A stretch of DNA of 64,000 nt, taken from Basidiobolus meristosporus CBS 931.73. Its lineage: Eukaryota; Fungi; Basidiobolomycota. The notes under the pieces were generated by a model. It saw nothing but the letters and a program-made list of their open reading frames with translations. It had not been told where the DNA came from and made no database searches. Shown here piece by piece: positions 12,815 through 24,574 of this stretch; the first letter of the stretch is position 1, and the number at the start of each line of letters is the position of its first letter. Where the stretch lies: contig MCFE01000064.1 of NCBI GenBank assembly GCA_002104905.1, forward strand, positions 124,001-188,000, written 5' to 3'. A program made the position numbers and the translations under genes.

Positions 12815-13699
12815 TCAATTCAATGAAGCGGTCAGCTTGATATTCTTGAAGTAGGTATACGTGTCCACGGGGGTCCTGTACGATGGGTCAGCACCACCGA
12901 AAAAGGTATGGAAGAGCAGGCCGGAGATCTTCGCATCAGCCTTCGTCCTGAACACCATCTGGTTGTAGTTGATGACCAGCTGGTTGTCCATCCATACCTT
13001 CAACACACCATCCTGCTTCCCGACCGAATTGAGCCGCATGGATTGTCGAATGGTGCTCCATTTTCCAGGAGGGAATTTGAACGCGCCACGAGCCAACGAG
13101 TCGCCATATGCTGGGTTACACACACTGTCAGGTGGAATGTCACAATACCCAGGACCTTGTTTATCTGGGGCGTACGAGTAGAGCTCCCCCTCGCCCCCGC
13201 TACGCCACATGAATCGGGTGGAGAAGCAGCGCTCACTGTCCCGGCTATCCCGGGTACAATCCCCGGAGCCACCATAGAACCCAGGGAGCTTGCCTCCTTT
13301 GACGAAGTTGAATCCCCTTGGGAAGTACACCTGGAACTCGAGGGTAGCTTCGTTTTGCAATTGGACTGGGTTGGCGTAGATGCCAACCCCTCCCTGCTTT
13401 CCGGGAGACGTGGGGGTACGACTACCCCGAGGATAGAATACCTGAAAGGCCGTGTCGGAGCCGCCAGCAGGATCCCGTACAAATTTATAGTTTTGTTGAC
13501 CGAAAGAGACCTTCACCAGCCCCCAGTTGTTTAGAGAGGAGGAGGAGCTGCTACTCCAGCTGGTGGGGGCTCTACGCGCCAGGCTAGAGGAGGCAGAGCT
13601 GTCGGTACCATTGTGGGCCTGGACCAGGCGCAGGTTGACTAGCAACCAGACCACGAAGAGTGCACCCCAGCTACCGGAATGGTTATTCGTCAAGAACAT
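12815..13699 (-). CDS. Secreted polysaccharide lyase family 14-like protein (copy A, intronless)
   Basis: Signal peptide after the ATG at 13699; YFPRGFNFVKGGKLPGFYGG, STRFMWR, FHTFFGG motifs. Confidence 0.85.
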   Translation of the reverse strand: MFLTNNHSGSWGALFVVWLLVNLRLVQAHNGTDSSASSSLARRAPTSWSSSSSSSLNNWGLVKVSFGQQNYKFVRDPAGGSDTAFQVFYPRGSRTPTSPGKQGGVGIYANPVQLQNEATLEFQVYFPRGFNFVKGGKLPGFYGGSGDCTRDSRDSERCFSTRFMWRSGGEGELYSYAPDKQGPGYCDIPPDSVCNPAYGDSLARGAFKFPPGKWSTIRQSMRLNSVGKQDGVLKVWMDNQLVINYNQMVFRTKADAKISGLLFHTFFGGADPSYRTPVDTYTYFKNIKLTASLN

Positions 13700-14565
13700 A
13701 TCTACCGCGAAGAGATGGAAGGTTAGTGTACAGTGAGGTGGGGGGTTAGCGACTTTGCCGGAAAGTCTGGTGGATGGATAGCCCTCCAACTGGCCCAAGG
13801 AGCCTTAAATAAAGTTTTAAGGTGGAGGCAGTATACTCCTTCAATTCAAATAAGGAAGTCCATTAATGAAATGGAATCTTCGCAGCCTTCAAGGGAACCT
13901 GAACGTACCAAGGAAAGGAGGATTTCTTCCGCACCTGGAGATTGATTTCGCTGGTGCGACATTATTCAGGTTTTAGATAAGGGAGTGCGACTCGATCGAT
14001 ACATGCTCCTAATTATTGCAACCTGATGGGACTTCCCTAGAATTCAGCATTGTTCAGGAACTTTTCCCAGATCTCAATGCCTGCTCTTTCCAACAGTGGG
14101 GTTCCCGACAATTGGCACGATAAGCGATGCACTCGAACGTCTACGCCTTGATTTCGTCGAAAATGCGGAGATTCGCCAGTTGATTGGTAAAGCCGAGTAA
14201 ACACACCCATTGCGGCGCAAATCCGATCCTCGCCCAAAGGAGCACTAATTGCTCTCGCAGACTGCCACACAGAAGGCGGAGGACGCGACGTAAACAACGG
14301 AGCAGCCTACCGTGCAGAGGTAGGAGACTCGACGGGAAGGGTGGATGGATTCGGGATTTGGCGAAACCCCCCAAAACCCACCCAACCGGTTCTAATCCGG
14401 AAGGAATCTCGCCCTATTTGGACGCGGATTGTTTTCAAGTGCTACCCACCGTCATGCAGCCTTGCGCTTATGGTCGAGTAGAGAGCGACCGAAACCACTT
14501 GCCCGAGGGAGTATAAATTCCTCTGCGGCAACCGCGGAGTGGTACTCAGAATCGCCCCTTCTATC

Positions 14566-15463
14566 ATGTTCACCATCAAAATCGGGTTTTTGCTTTGGAT
14601 CGCCGTGCTCTGCACATCCATTTTAGGTCAGACGCACACTCTGCAGAAGCGGGGTGGCGAACAGTGGAGTAGCAGTGGGGTCACCTCGCTACAGCCCTAC
14701 AAGATTCAGAAGATCTCGTTCGGCCGGAACAACTACCAATTCGTGTCGGATCCGTTGCACGGTAAGGAAAAGGTACTAAGAGTGTTTTACCCCAAGGGAA
14801 GTCGTACTCCGTCTTCACCAGGTAAGCAAGGTGGTTTAGGGTTCTACGCAAAGCCGCTCTCTCTGAAGGACGAGGCTACACTCGAGTACAAGGTCTTCTT
14901 TCCCCGAGGATTCAATTTCGTGAAGGGCGGTAAGCTACCAGGGATCTACGGGGGCAGCCCTGATTGCCCCAATGGAAACGACAAAAGAAAATGCTTTACC
15001 ACAAGGTAGGTTGGCGTTGATGTGGGCGGACGTAGGCTCATTCGCTAACCCTCCCGCTTCTAGATTTATGTTCCGTACTCGCGGCGATGGAGAACTTTAT
15101 GCCTATCTTCCGATGAACCAGGCATCCGGCTACTGCAACATCAAGCCCAGAAGTGTTTGCAACCCCAGCTATGGCGACTCACTCGGACGAGGATCATTCA
15201 GATTCACAACCGGCAAGTGGCACACGCTCCGTCAGTCCATTCGCCTGAACAAGGTCGGCCGACAGGACGGGGTTCTCCGGGTTTGGGTTGATGGCAAGTT
15301 GGTGATCAACTACCGCAAGGCGGTGTTCAGAAATCAGCCCAACGTGAAGAACATCGGCCTGATCTTTCACACATTCTTCGGCGGGTCCACACCGGATTAC
15401 AGGACCCCAGTGGACCAGTATTCCTACTTCAAGGATTTCAAGATGTTCGACCATGCCATGTAG
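14566..15463 (+). CDS. Secreted PL14-like protein (copy B; intron 15006-15063)
   Basis: TATA at ~14512; signal peptide; FVKGGKLPGIYGG; the GT-AG intron restores CFTTRFMFR; FHTFFGG. Confidence 0.88.
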
Positions 15464-15604
15464 ATCGCCCGATTGGTATTGTTTAGATGTAATATGGAGT
15501 TGGAATTTGATTGGTAATATTTAGATGCAACTAGTAGTAGGCTTGATTAATATAAATCAACAGTATGTAGATGTGAATAGTTTAATGTGTATATATAAAA
15601 ATTA

Positions 15605-17018
15605 CTATCTTCTAACAAAGTGAGCGAAGTTAAGATTGTACCCCTCAAACTCGTAAAGAATACGATCGGTCTTGCGATATCCCTTGATGTCATGGATGTA
15701 AATGCTTTTCGGCGGTGCGACCTCCGAGTCTCCCTCATAGTTGGCACGCGAGCGAGCCTGGTTGCCACGACGGTCGTGGTGGTAGGGGGTGTAGACGCGG
15801 GAATGATTGTTTACCGAGTCGGGGTGGTGTCGCTGGATGTTCTCAAAGTGAGTCTCGACGTGAGAGTTGAAGACGGTCACGGTGAATTTCCCGGGCTGGA
15901 ATACGTCGGTGACCTGCTTGATCAACTGCGATAGCGCCTTGGACTCGGATACATCTTCGCCCTTGGCCAGGGGCACGGTGGTCTCGAAACTGGCGTACGA
16001 GCAGGACTCTTCGGGAGTAACATGGATGGTGTAATAGTTCTTGTTGATCAGCCCATTCAGTGAGAACCCACAGGGCGAGAAAAGGTAGGAGTCGGTTAAT
16101 GGCGTCGTCATAGATCGAGCCCAAACCCGTGATCTTCTCAACGTCCTTGCCTCCTGGTCCAGCCTCAGGCTGATTAGCCTCGGCGTGATGATAGAACTTG
16201 TCCATTGCCTTGGGGCACAGCTCGGTCATCAAGATCTCGACGGTTACATCGTCCATATCGTCATCATCCTCCACCAGACTCTGATAGGCGGGTTCCGCAG
16301 GAGCCTGTCCTTCGATCTTGATGCAGTTGTCCTGGGGTGGCGTGAGATACAAGAACCAATGGTCGCCGTTGGTTTTTCCAACTGTATACGCGGCACCGTT
16401 GTTGAACCAGCCATCCAGATATGCAACCTCATCGGACCAATTACGATGAGGGGCTTTCTGAAGGTCGGGGAACATGAAGCTCTTGCGCGAGTAAAACACG
16501 CGCCATACCCTGACCAAGCCCAGTGACGAGGCAATCTCAATGATGCGCGGTACAGCAGCCAGCAGGGTGGTGGTTCCACAGGTCTTGAGGATCAGCTTGT
16601 GAGGATAGACAAACATGGAGGATTCACTGAGAAGATACGAGTCTACTTGCTCGTTCTTGATAAGGCTCAACACCTGGCAATGGACCAACTCAAGCATATC
16701 CTCCCACACTTTCCGGGAGACGGTCCGCAGGCCGTATCTATCGTAGGTATCATCAAACTCCTGCTCAAGATCAACTCTAGAGGTCCCGTTAGGTGAGTAG
16801 CAGATCTGACGAGCTCCGAGAGAGCTGTCGTCCGGTGAGCTAGACAATGACGGGGTGGATGAGTTGGATCGGAGCTGTTGACGAACAGACTCGGCGCTTG
16901 GGCTGAACCAAAGCTCAAGAAGCTTTTCGGGTCCTTCAAATTGGCCCGTGTAGTATTCTTCGGAGCTCGAAGCAGGTTGGAAGCTGCTGTTAAGGTGAGC
17001 GATCTCTTCGAGTTTCAT
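15605..17018 (-). CDS. SPE2: S-adenosylmethionine decarboxylase proenzyme, about 470 aa if a +1 frame break at ~16097 is bridged
   Basis: FEGPEKLLELWF, YLLSESSMFV (self-cleavage site) and LKTCGTT in frame 0; DSYLFSPCGFSLNG and IHVTPE..SYASFET in the +1 frame. Confidence 0.9.
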
Positions 17019-17164
17019 GTTATTGCTGTGTGGCTGGGAAAATAGGAACTTTTTTCGGTGTTTTTCGTATAAATGTGCCGTCGTAAGTCAAATGAGATGT
17101 GACGGATAGATGAGTGGATTAATTAATTAGTCAGTCAGTAGGTACTATTGAAGGCTCGGGAGCG

Positions 17165-17254
17165 CTATCGCAAGAAGTTCGAGAAGTGAAGTCGGAATGG
17201 CAAGTCCAATAGAAAACGTGAGGATGGATATCTCTGGTTTGGACCAGAATGCAT
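17165..17254 (-). promoter_or_regulatory. Candidate 29-codon uORF upstream of SPE2 (MHSGPNQRYPSSRFLLDLPFRLHFSNFLR*)
   Basis: ATG at 17254 and TAG at 17165-17167, 146 nt before the main ATG; the transcription start is unknown. Confidence 0.4.
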
Positions 17255-18376
17255 AGCAGGGAGGTGAGGGAGTCTTTTGCTGTTTGGTTTCGAGAACCGA
17301 GGAAATTAGAGCACGAAGTTACGAAGCCGCTTGCTAGTGATGACAAGGTAACTGCAACCGTCTGTTTTGACTACCTGAATCAAGATGATGGTGAACAAAA
17401 GCCCTAAACGAGATATGGCATTTCCGACTTGAAGCCAGGACGGAAGCAATTTGCGACAACACTTCAATTTATATGAAGTCGACTTAAAAAAAAATCACCC
17501 ATGAAATGCCATTGAAATCACATATTTTTTTTGCCTGAAATTCCAACCTTATGCCCAAGACCAGCTGTCTGGTCAAAATTTGGCTTGAACTATCGTTGAG
17601 AATAGCTTCATAACGTTCCAATTTATTCCTGCTTCACAAGAACCCTGAAACTGTTAAATACTAGATATGTCTATTGAAGCGATGTTTTCGAGTTTATCAG
17701 TTGCCACTGAATATTCTATCGAATCGTCCCTTCGCCTATTTTGTCAGATGCGAACCTATGTGCCTTTTCCTAAAAATGCGAGGAATGTCCAATCAGGTGC
17801 GAGAATTCGATAATCTGAAGATTCTAACCTCCGATACATGTGTGTCACCTCAGCCAGATTGTTTGTTAATCATCCTTCGTGTCGTCATGATGCTTATCAT
17901 CCTCCTTCCTAGTGGAAAAAAGATTTTGCCTGCCTCTTGATCCCAGAAAGGAATATCTACACTATCTGACCGATGCTATCCATAGCAGAATTCCATCACG
18001 TGACAGAATCTGGGCGAGCTTGCGTTTCTAAACCTCAGACGGATTGTTTCTATGAAGTTTGATTTGTATGGCTTTTTTGAAGGGGCTTAGGCAGAGACAC
18101 ATTGCTCATTACTAATGTGATTTAACTTGGATTCCCGTTTTGTCACTTGCGACAAGTATACTTAGGGCCTGTGGGATTACTAATGGTTAGCCCAATTAAT
18201 TCCTTGGCTTTACAATCATTTGATTACCGTATTTATTTAGCAATTCAGTCACCATTCTGGCAAGTTGAACTTACTAATCCAAATTCCGTCAAGCTTGTGT
18301 AGAACTCTTTATAAGCTCATATGCCTATGTCCCAAACAGCACAAGTTGCTTCTCCCACTTTAGAATCTATAGAAAT

Positions 18377-19404
18377 ATGCACGCATCAGTTGTAAGTACT
18401 CAGATTGCTTTGAGTGTACCCACCCTGCTTCTAACTCGTGGGATTTCAATTAGATTATCATCGGCTCCGGTCCCGCTGGTCACACCGCAGGTATTTACAC
18501 TGCAAGAGCCAACTTGAGCCCAGTAATGTTTGAGGGTATGCTCGCTGGTGGTGTGGCTCCCGGTGGTCAACTAACCACCACCACCGAGATCGAAAATTTC
18601 CCGGGATTCCCTGGCGTCATCACAGGTCCAGAATTGATGGACAACATTCGCAAGCAGTCAGAGAAATTCGGTACCGAGATCATTACCGAAACAATCACTC
18701 GTGTGGATTTCTCCGCTCGACCATTCAAGGTTTGGAGAGAGGGGGCCGACTCTGCTAATGATGAACCCGATACTGCAGACGCCATCATCATCGCCACAGG
18801 CGCTACCGCCAAGCGTCTGTTTATCCCCGGCGAAGACGTTTACTGGCAAAATGGAATCTCTGCCTGCGCTGTCTGCGATGGCGCCGTCCCAATCTTCCGC
18901 AACAAACCTTTAGCCGTGGTTGGTGGTGGTGACTCTGCTGTTGAAGAGGCCATCTTCTTGACAAAATACGCCTCCAAGGTGTACGTGCTCGTCAGACGCG
19001 ACAAACTCCGTGCTTCTACAATCATGGCCAATCGCCTCATGAAGCACCCTAAAGTAGAGATCTTGTGGAACACTGCACCCATGGAAGCAAAGGGTGATGG
19101 TAGCTTGTTAAGAAGCTTAACTCTTCAAGATACCAAGACACTGGAGACTCGTGATCTGGAGGTCAACGGACTCTTCTATGCTATCGGACACAAACCCAAC
19201 ACCGATGCTTTCAAAGGCATTGTGGATCTTGATAGTGATGGCTACATCAAGGTGGTTCCTGGCACTACACACACTAATATCGAGGGCGTCTTTGCTGCTG
19301 GTGATGTCCAAGACCGCCGCTACAGACAGGCCATTACCGCTGCTGGTTCCGGCTGCCAAGCTGCCTTGGATACCATCCAATTCTTAGAATCGCAGGAAGA
19401 GTAA
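18377..19404 (+). CDS. TRR1: Thioredoxin reductase, low-MW fungal type (exon 18377-18391, intron 18392-18453)
   Basis: IIGSGPAGHTA after splicing, CAVC redox motif, GGGDSA, AAGDVQD..YRQAITAAGSGC. Confidence 0.96.
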
Positions 19405-19855
19405 AGCACCTCAAATACCCCGGATATCCGCACACCAACCATCGCTTAGTTTTAGTTGGAGCCTTTATAATATGTAATTTGAACTTGATGCAATAAATTG
19501 ATTAATTGATCCACGCTTGGTGTATTCACCGTATTCTGGTAGAGCTTCGTGACTGCAATATATCCGAGAAATTATATATTAAGTTATGATGTCCGAAGCT
19601 GGCAGTGTGGACTAGTACAAATGGGTGTAAGAGATGCGAAGGGAAGACAAAACTTCGGATTTCTTCTATCGTAGATGAAAAAGACGGATTCTGAAAAGTA
19701 TACACATTCGTGAGCCAACGTGCCATTCTCTATGAATGTCCATGTAGATAGCCAGCAGTTGTTGGATGGAGTAGCGAGGTAGTTAACGTTATACATGAAG
19801 TTGCGGGATGTAGTATATATTTGTACTGGGCGAAGCAAAATGTGGGATTCCGAAG

Positions 19856-22025
19856 TCACTGCACTGCAGGTAAAACTTCCAGCGAGCCATCAATTAGGCA
19901 TTGTTTCCGAGCACTTCTGGTGTACCTTCCGTTGTATGTCATCGATTGCTCCATCATTTTCAAATACTGCTGACCTTGCTTGGAGTTGAGCGAGATAGCA
20001 GACAACGTAGTATCGAGAACATTTTGGATTTTTTGGGATGAATTGAACTGGGATGCCAACTCTCGAATATGCCTTGAAGGGTCTTCAATAGCGTACTGTG
20101 AAATTCCCACTTCTGCAGTATTCGGTGGTGTTGAGGGCGCGCTTGAATCATTGGAGACTGCACATTGCGAGGAAGTTCGTGAGTTGATTGAATGCTCTTG
20201 TTTGATGTTTCGTAAACAAATGGTACCTGTGGATTGGCTTGAGAGATTCTCCAACTGGCCATCCTCGGTGGTAATCACGTCAACAAAGCTATTGATCTCA
20301 ACATCTGTGCTATGTGTCTTGGGCACTTGTTCTTTCGACCTTTTTTTCCTGGAAGTCTTGGGCAACTTCTTTGGTTTCTTTGTTGCCGCTTTTTTGTCAG
20401 TGTTTGATGATGTCCTCTTCCGCTTTGCTAATGAAAAACATTAATAAAACTCACCAGAAATACAACATCTCATGAGACTTACTTGAGCAATCGACCGCGA
20501 CCTCTCGTTTTCTAATAATTATTTTAGGTATGGAGTTCATCTTCGAAGACTGACGAGGAGACATCCTTCTGGATACAATAACGTACTCCTCTTTCGTCTT
20601 CTCTTTCTTCGGAGAATGCTTCTTAGCCGCCGTAGTCTTTGTAGTATTCGTGTTGACAGTTTTGAGAGGCTGTCGTGCTGCTTTGGTGGTTTGCTTTTTT
20701 GAACATTTCGACGGCGTTTTAGCCGATACCTTGGACGTTGCTGGAGATATTTTCTCCGCACCTGTCGGCGATAATACTGGAATACTAACGATTGGGCTTT
20801 CCACTTTAGGAGGCGCGATGTCATCTAGTGCCAATTTGAGATCTGACTCTAACAAGTCTATGGCAGAGTCAACGTCTCCCATAAGATGGTAATCAATGAT
20901 GTTGCCCCATTCACTGGCAGTTGGAGGAACTCGGTTGATATAAATGACTTTTCCGATCTTCGACTCGTGAACTCTCCCGGCCATTTCCTTCACAAGTTTT
21001 TTGATTCCGGATACCTTCAATGACGTGCCCATTATAATCAATAAATCGGGATTTCTTCTGATATCAAATGCACTGAGTTGGCCGATATGATCCTGTTATA
21101 AGTAAACGTAAAGTAAGCACATGGCTCATATATTGCGAAAATCGCGAATTCAAGTAGTAGTTGGCAATATGACATACCCCTTGAGGATGATGCTCGTTGT
21201 AAAGGACAATGCTCGGACGAAGGAACCCGGTAGCTTTGGATCTTTTTCCAACAATATCTCGGATGATCCCTAACTCTCTGCAATTCGGACACGGGGGTGC
21301 TGTTCCCTCTTTGAATTGCTGCTGATATTTCTCGGTAAAGCGGTATTGCGCATGACAAATGGTGCATACAACATACTCCATGCTGCCATGGAGTTGAACG
21401 GCACGTGTAAAGAGCTTATTGCTCACGTCGAAGTCAGTCTCCAGACCGGCCTGCTTTTCAAGGCAATCTATGTTTTGTGTGTAACAGCGAAGTAATTTCC
21501 CCTTCTGGTCCAGCTCTTTTAGAAACCTGTGAGTTCGAGTATATTTCGCCTTGCCGACTACGTCCTTGAATTCCCCCATGAAATGGAAAAATAGTTGTGT
21601 AGAAACTGGGTCCTGGTTTGTAAAGATAGGTTGGAATACAGTCAACGACAGAGTAAATACTGGAATAAAAGATTACTTTGAACAGCGTAGCATCAAACAA
21701 ATCTCTTCCACTCATAATGGCCTTGGGATATTTATGCTTCAATAGCTCAAATAATCCATCTGCAGAGCGAAAATCCTTAAAGTAGGGGTTTAGAAGGAAG
21801 AACATAGCGGGTGTTCCAAGAGTGTAAACTTACAGGAATACCGGAAGCCACTGATATACCAGCACCTATACCAGAACGTTTTTAGAGGCCAGCTAGTACA
21901 TATAGAGCGCGAAACTAAGAGCTACCTGTAATTACAATGCAACGCTTACACCTGTGCAATAAATCCCGAGTTAAGGTCAGGGTTTCTAAAGACTCTGAGA
22001 GGTTGTTCAGAGTGACGCTTTTCAT
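19856..22025 (-). CDS. NAD-dependent deacetylase, sirtuin class Ic (Hst3/Hst4-like), multi-exon with a long Lys/Ser-rich tail
   Basis: Spliced ITG|AGISVASGIP|DFRSADG, YTQNID, QLHGS, CxxC...CxxC, LRPSIVLYNE; last intron 20428-20482 (GTAAGT...TAG). Internal exon borders were not all resolved. Confidence 0.88.
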
Positions 22026-23186
22026 ACTAATATATGAAAGAAGACAGCAAAATTAAAAAGCTCTATGAGCCAAACGAACACGAAAAAAAGGAAGAGGATT
22101 AACGGGGAAGCTCGTAAAGAAGTTGCGCGAAATATAGGTTCAACGGGCCGGTTAAAAAGTATAGTATATATGTATGAATGTATGTATATATATATAAATA
22201 GGGATAATTTGAAGCACAACGTAGCTTCAAATACGAACACTTGTTAAACCACAAGATATACAAATCGAGCTTAAAGGAAGGGATAGGTAGTTAAGAAAGA
22301 TGTGATCGACAATTGAGATCTTAATGTGAAAAAAAAGGGAAAATATATTAAGGGTTTAGGATCAATCATTTCCTCTCCTAAGCAGATGACTGGGAATTTA
22401 GCCTAGTTCTCGTCCAGCTATTGGCCGATATATCTCACAGTAGAAACATTTCGATTTTACTAATAGTTTCTTCATAATTTTATCTTCTAATTGGATAATA
22501 ATTGCCGACATGTGTTTCCTACAGCTGTGAGCCAATCATTGACTGTTGAGTTAGGGAGACTGTTAATTTAGCTATTAGGATATGACCATTTGTCAAAATT
22601 TGACTTAGTCAATGCATTTACATTTTCATTCTAGACCCTTAGTCAAATATATGAGTTTAATGAAATAGTGCACACAAAGCATATACTCAATGTTCAATTG
22701 CCATATTTCAAAATCTTGTGGATCATTCAGTATCAGCCCCAAATTTGCAGTTTGTAGACCTAGCTGTCATTATCATTCGGTCATACGACATCTAAGGCAT
22801 AGCATTTTATACAAGCAATTTGGCAGTTGAATGGCAAGGCGTCTACCAGATATCAATCAATGGCTCAGTTTCTTGTTGGCGACACAATGTAAATGCGACA
22901 AGTGACCAAGAATGTACATCATATAGTACTTCGTCTTTACCGTGATGTGGTAGGATATATACACTGCCTAATGTAAACCTGTCCCAAGGTCATAAATCGG
23001 AGGCTAAATGGCACCCAGGTATGTCGGTGATCGTTCACGTACATAAAACAATTTTGATATTATGGAAATTTCCGAATCGCCGTTTAATTCGAACATAGAG
23101 AAGTAAATGTGAATGATAGATGCAAAAGGGTCTATGTGAGGTAACCGTGCTGGAAGATAGGCTGACTTAAGGTGGGTTCCAGCTAC

Positions 23187-23552
23187 TTATTTCTTCTTCA
23201 TGCCGGCGCGCTTGCCTTCACCTAAAGAACGTAATATATTCAATTTAGCCATTGACACTCCTCAAATCAAACATTAATCCTTTTTACCCTTCTTTGGTGC
23301 ACCCTTTCCTCTTCTCTTCTTTCTAGAAATCTCCTCTCTTCTTTCTACGGCATCGTAGTCAATTAAATTCAATTCCGGGAAGGCCTTGGTGATGGTAGAT
23401 AATTTAGGCCCTGGCTGAGGGTAGTAGCTACTGACGGTGGGGCCCTTCAACCTTTGTTTAAGAACGCTGGTGCCGATTCTGGCACCAGTAGGGTTGTACA
23501 CATTGCCGAAGATTTCAGAAGAAAGCTTCAATACCTCTTGAAGTCTACTCAT
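23187..23552 (-). CDS. RSM27: Mitochondrial small-subunit ribosomal protein mS33 (intron 23222-23287)
   Basis: IFGNVYNPTGARIG...LKGP..SYYP; splicing gives the canonical KGAPKKG|EGKRA C-terminus. Confidence 0.9.
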
Positions 23553-23841
23553 GCTTACCAGGCAATGTCAATGAAATATGATAAAGAGCCAAAGATTTTC
23601 AAAGGCTATAATCGTGGTCAATGGAAGTTCGATTACCATTTTCCAATACGAACAAGCAAAATTTTTAGGGCCGAGTCACATGATTGTCCGAAACATTGAC
23701 GGCTCAATCGCTGGGTCAAAGTTCATCAAATTCATTATCATTTGTGAATAAACAGGAGTTTAATTACGCAATCGAATAGCAATCATCTTCTGACATGTAT
23801 TTAGTGAGTTGTTGCACCTTTTCCTAGTGGCAATTGCTACA

Positions 23842-24558
23842 ATGTCGGATACTTGGGAGCTTTATTACTGGCCTGGTATGCCAGGCCGAGGCGAATTCAT
23901 GAGGCTCTTGTTCATCGAGACTTCAACTCCATTCAAAGACGTATACGCAGGCGAGGATTGGACTGCGGTTGGGAAGGTCAACTATCAGTTATCGAAAGAA
24001 TTCTTCGCTTTGCCTACTATTAAGCATAATGGATTCATGTTATCACAAACGCCAGTTATCTGTAGATATCTAGCGGTGAAGCTTAACAATGGAGTCCTTT
24101 ATCCTAAGGAGGAGCTGTTAGGATACCAGGCTGAGATGATTATGGCAGGGATAGTAGATTTAACTGCTGAAGGGCACGACGCCTGGCATCCAATTGACAA
24201 AAATGCAACCTATGTCTCGCAAAAAGAACAAGCCAAACCATTTATTGAGTACTACGAAAAGAAGAGACTGCCAAAATGGTTTTCGTTCTTCGAAAAAGTG
24301 CTGGCCGAGAATGAGAAAAAGTACCCTAGCTTTGATGAAGGTGGGCCTTTCTTGGTGGGTGAGAGTATCAGCTATGTTGATTTGTGTATGTTTCACATAC
24401 TGGATGGAATAGAGTTTCAGTGTCCAGAAGCTTATGCATTCATAGACGTGCCCAAATTGAAAAATCTCAAGACAAGAATACAAAATCGTCCGAAGATTAA
24501 GCAGTATCTCGAGTCTGCTCAAAGATCCCGCTTTACTGGTACTGGTCCCATTTTTTGA
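23842..24558 (+). CDS. Glutathione S-transferase, intronless
   Basis: LYYWPGMPGRGEFMRL N-terminus, FALP, LSQTPVI, GESISYVDL C-terminal motif. Confidence 0.88.
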   Translation: MSDTWELYYWPGMPGRGEFMRLLFIETSTPFKDVYAGEDWTAVGKVNYQLSKEFFALPTIKHNGFMLSQTPVICRYLAVKLNNGVLYPKEELLGYQAEMIMAGIVDLTAEGHDAWHPIDKNATYVSQKEQAKPFIEYYEKKRLPKWFSFFEKVLAENEKKYPSFDEGGPFLVGESISYVDLCMFHILDGIEFQCPEAYAFIDVPKLKNLKTRIQNRPKIKQYLESAQRSRFTGTGPIF

Positions 24559-24574
24559 TGGAATAAACACAAAA

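Noticed and set aside
16060-16200. An intron explaining the SPE2 frame break
   Set aside because: The shift must fall between YDDAI and DSYLF, where there is no AG; any larger intron would delete conserved residues.
10429-16939. Many long antisense or overlapping ORFs over DDX21, the PL14 genes and SPE2 (e.g. 10574-11431, 12908-13534)
   Set aside because: Shadow ORFs of GC-rich, codon-biased genes; no recognisable motifs. The same applies to those over the permeases.
23274-23290. RSM27 ending KKGKKD*
   Set aside because: A GT-AG intron (23222-23287) gives the canonical KKGEGKRA ending.
23842-24558. Horizontal transfer of the GST
   Set aside because: Intronless and bacterial-looking, but similar GSTs occur in other fungi; cannot be judged without a phylogeny.
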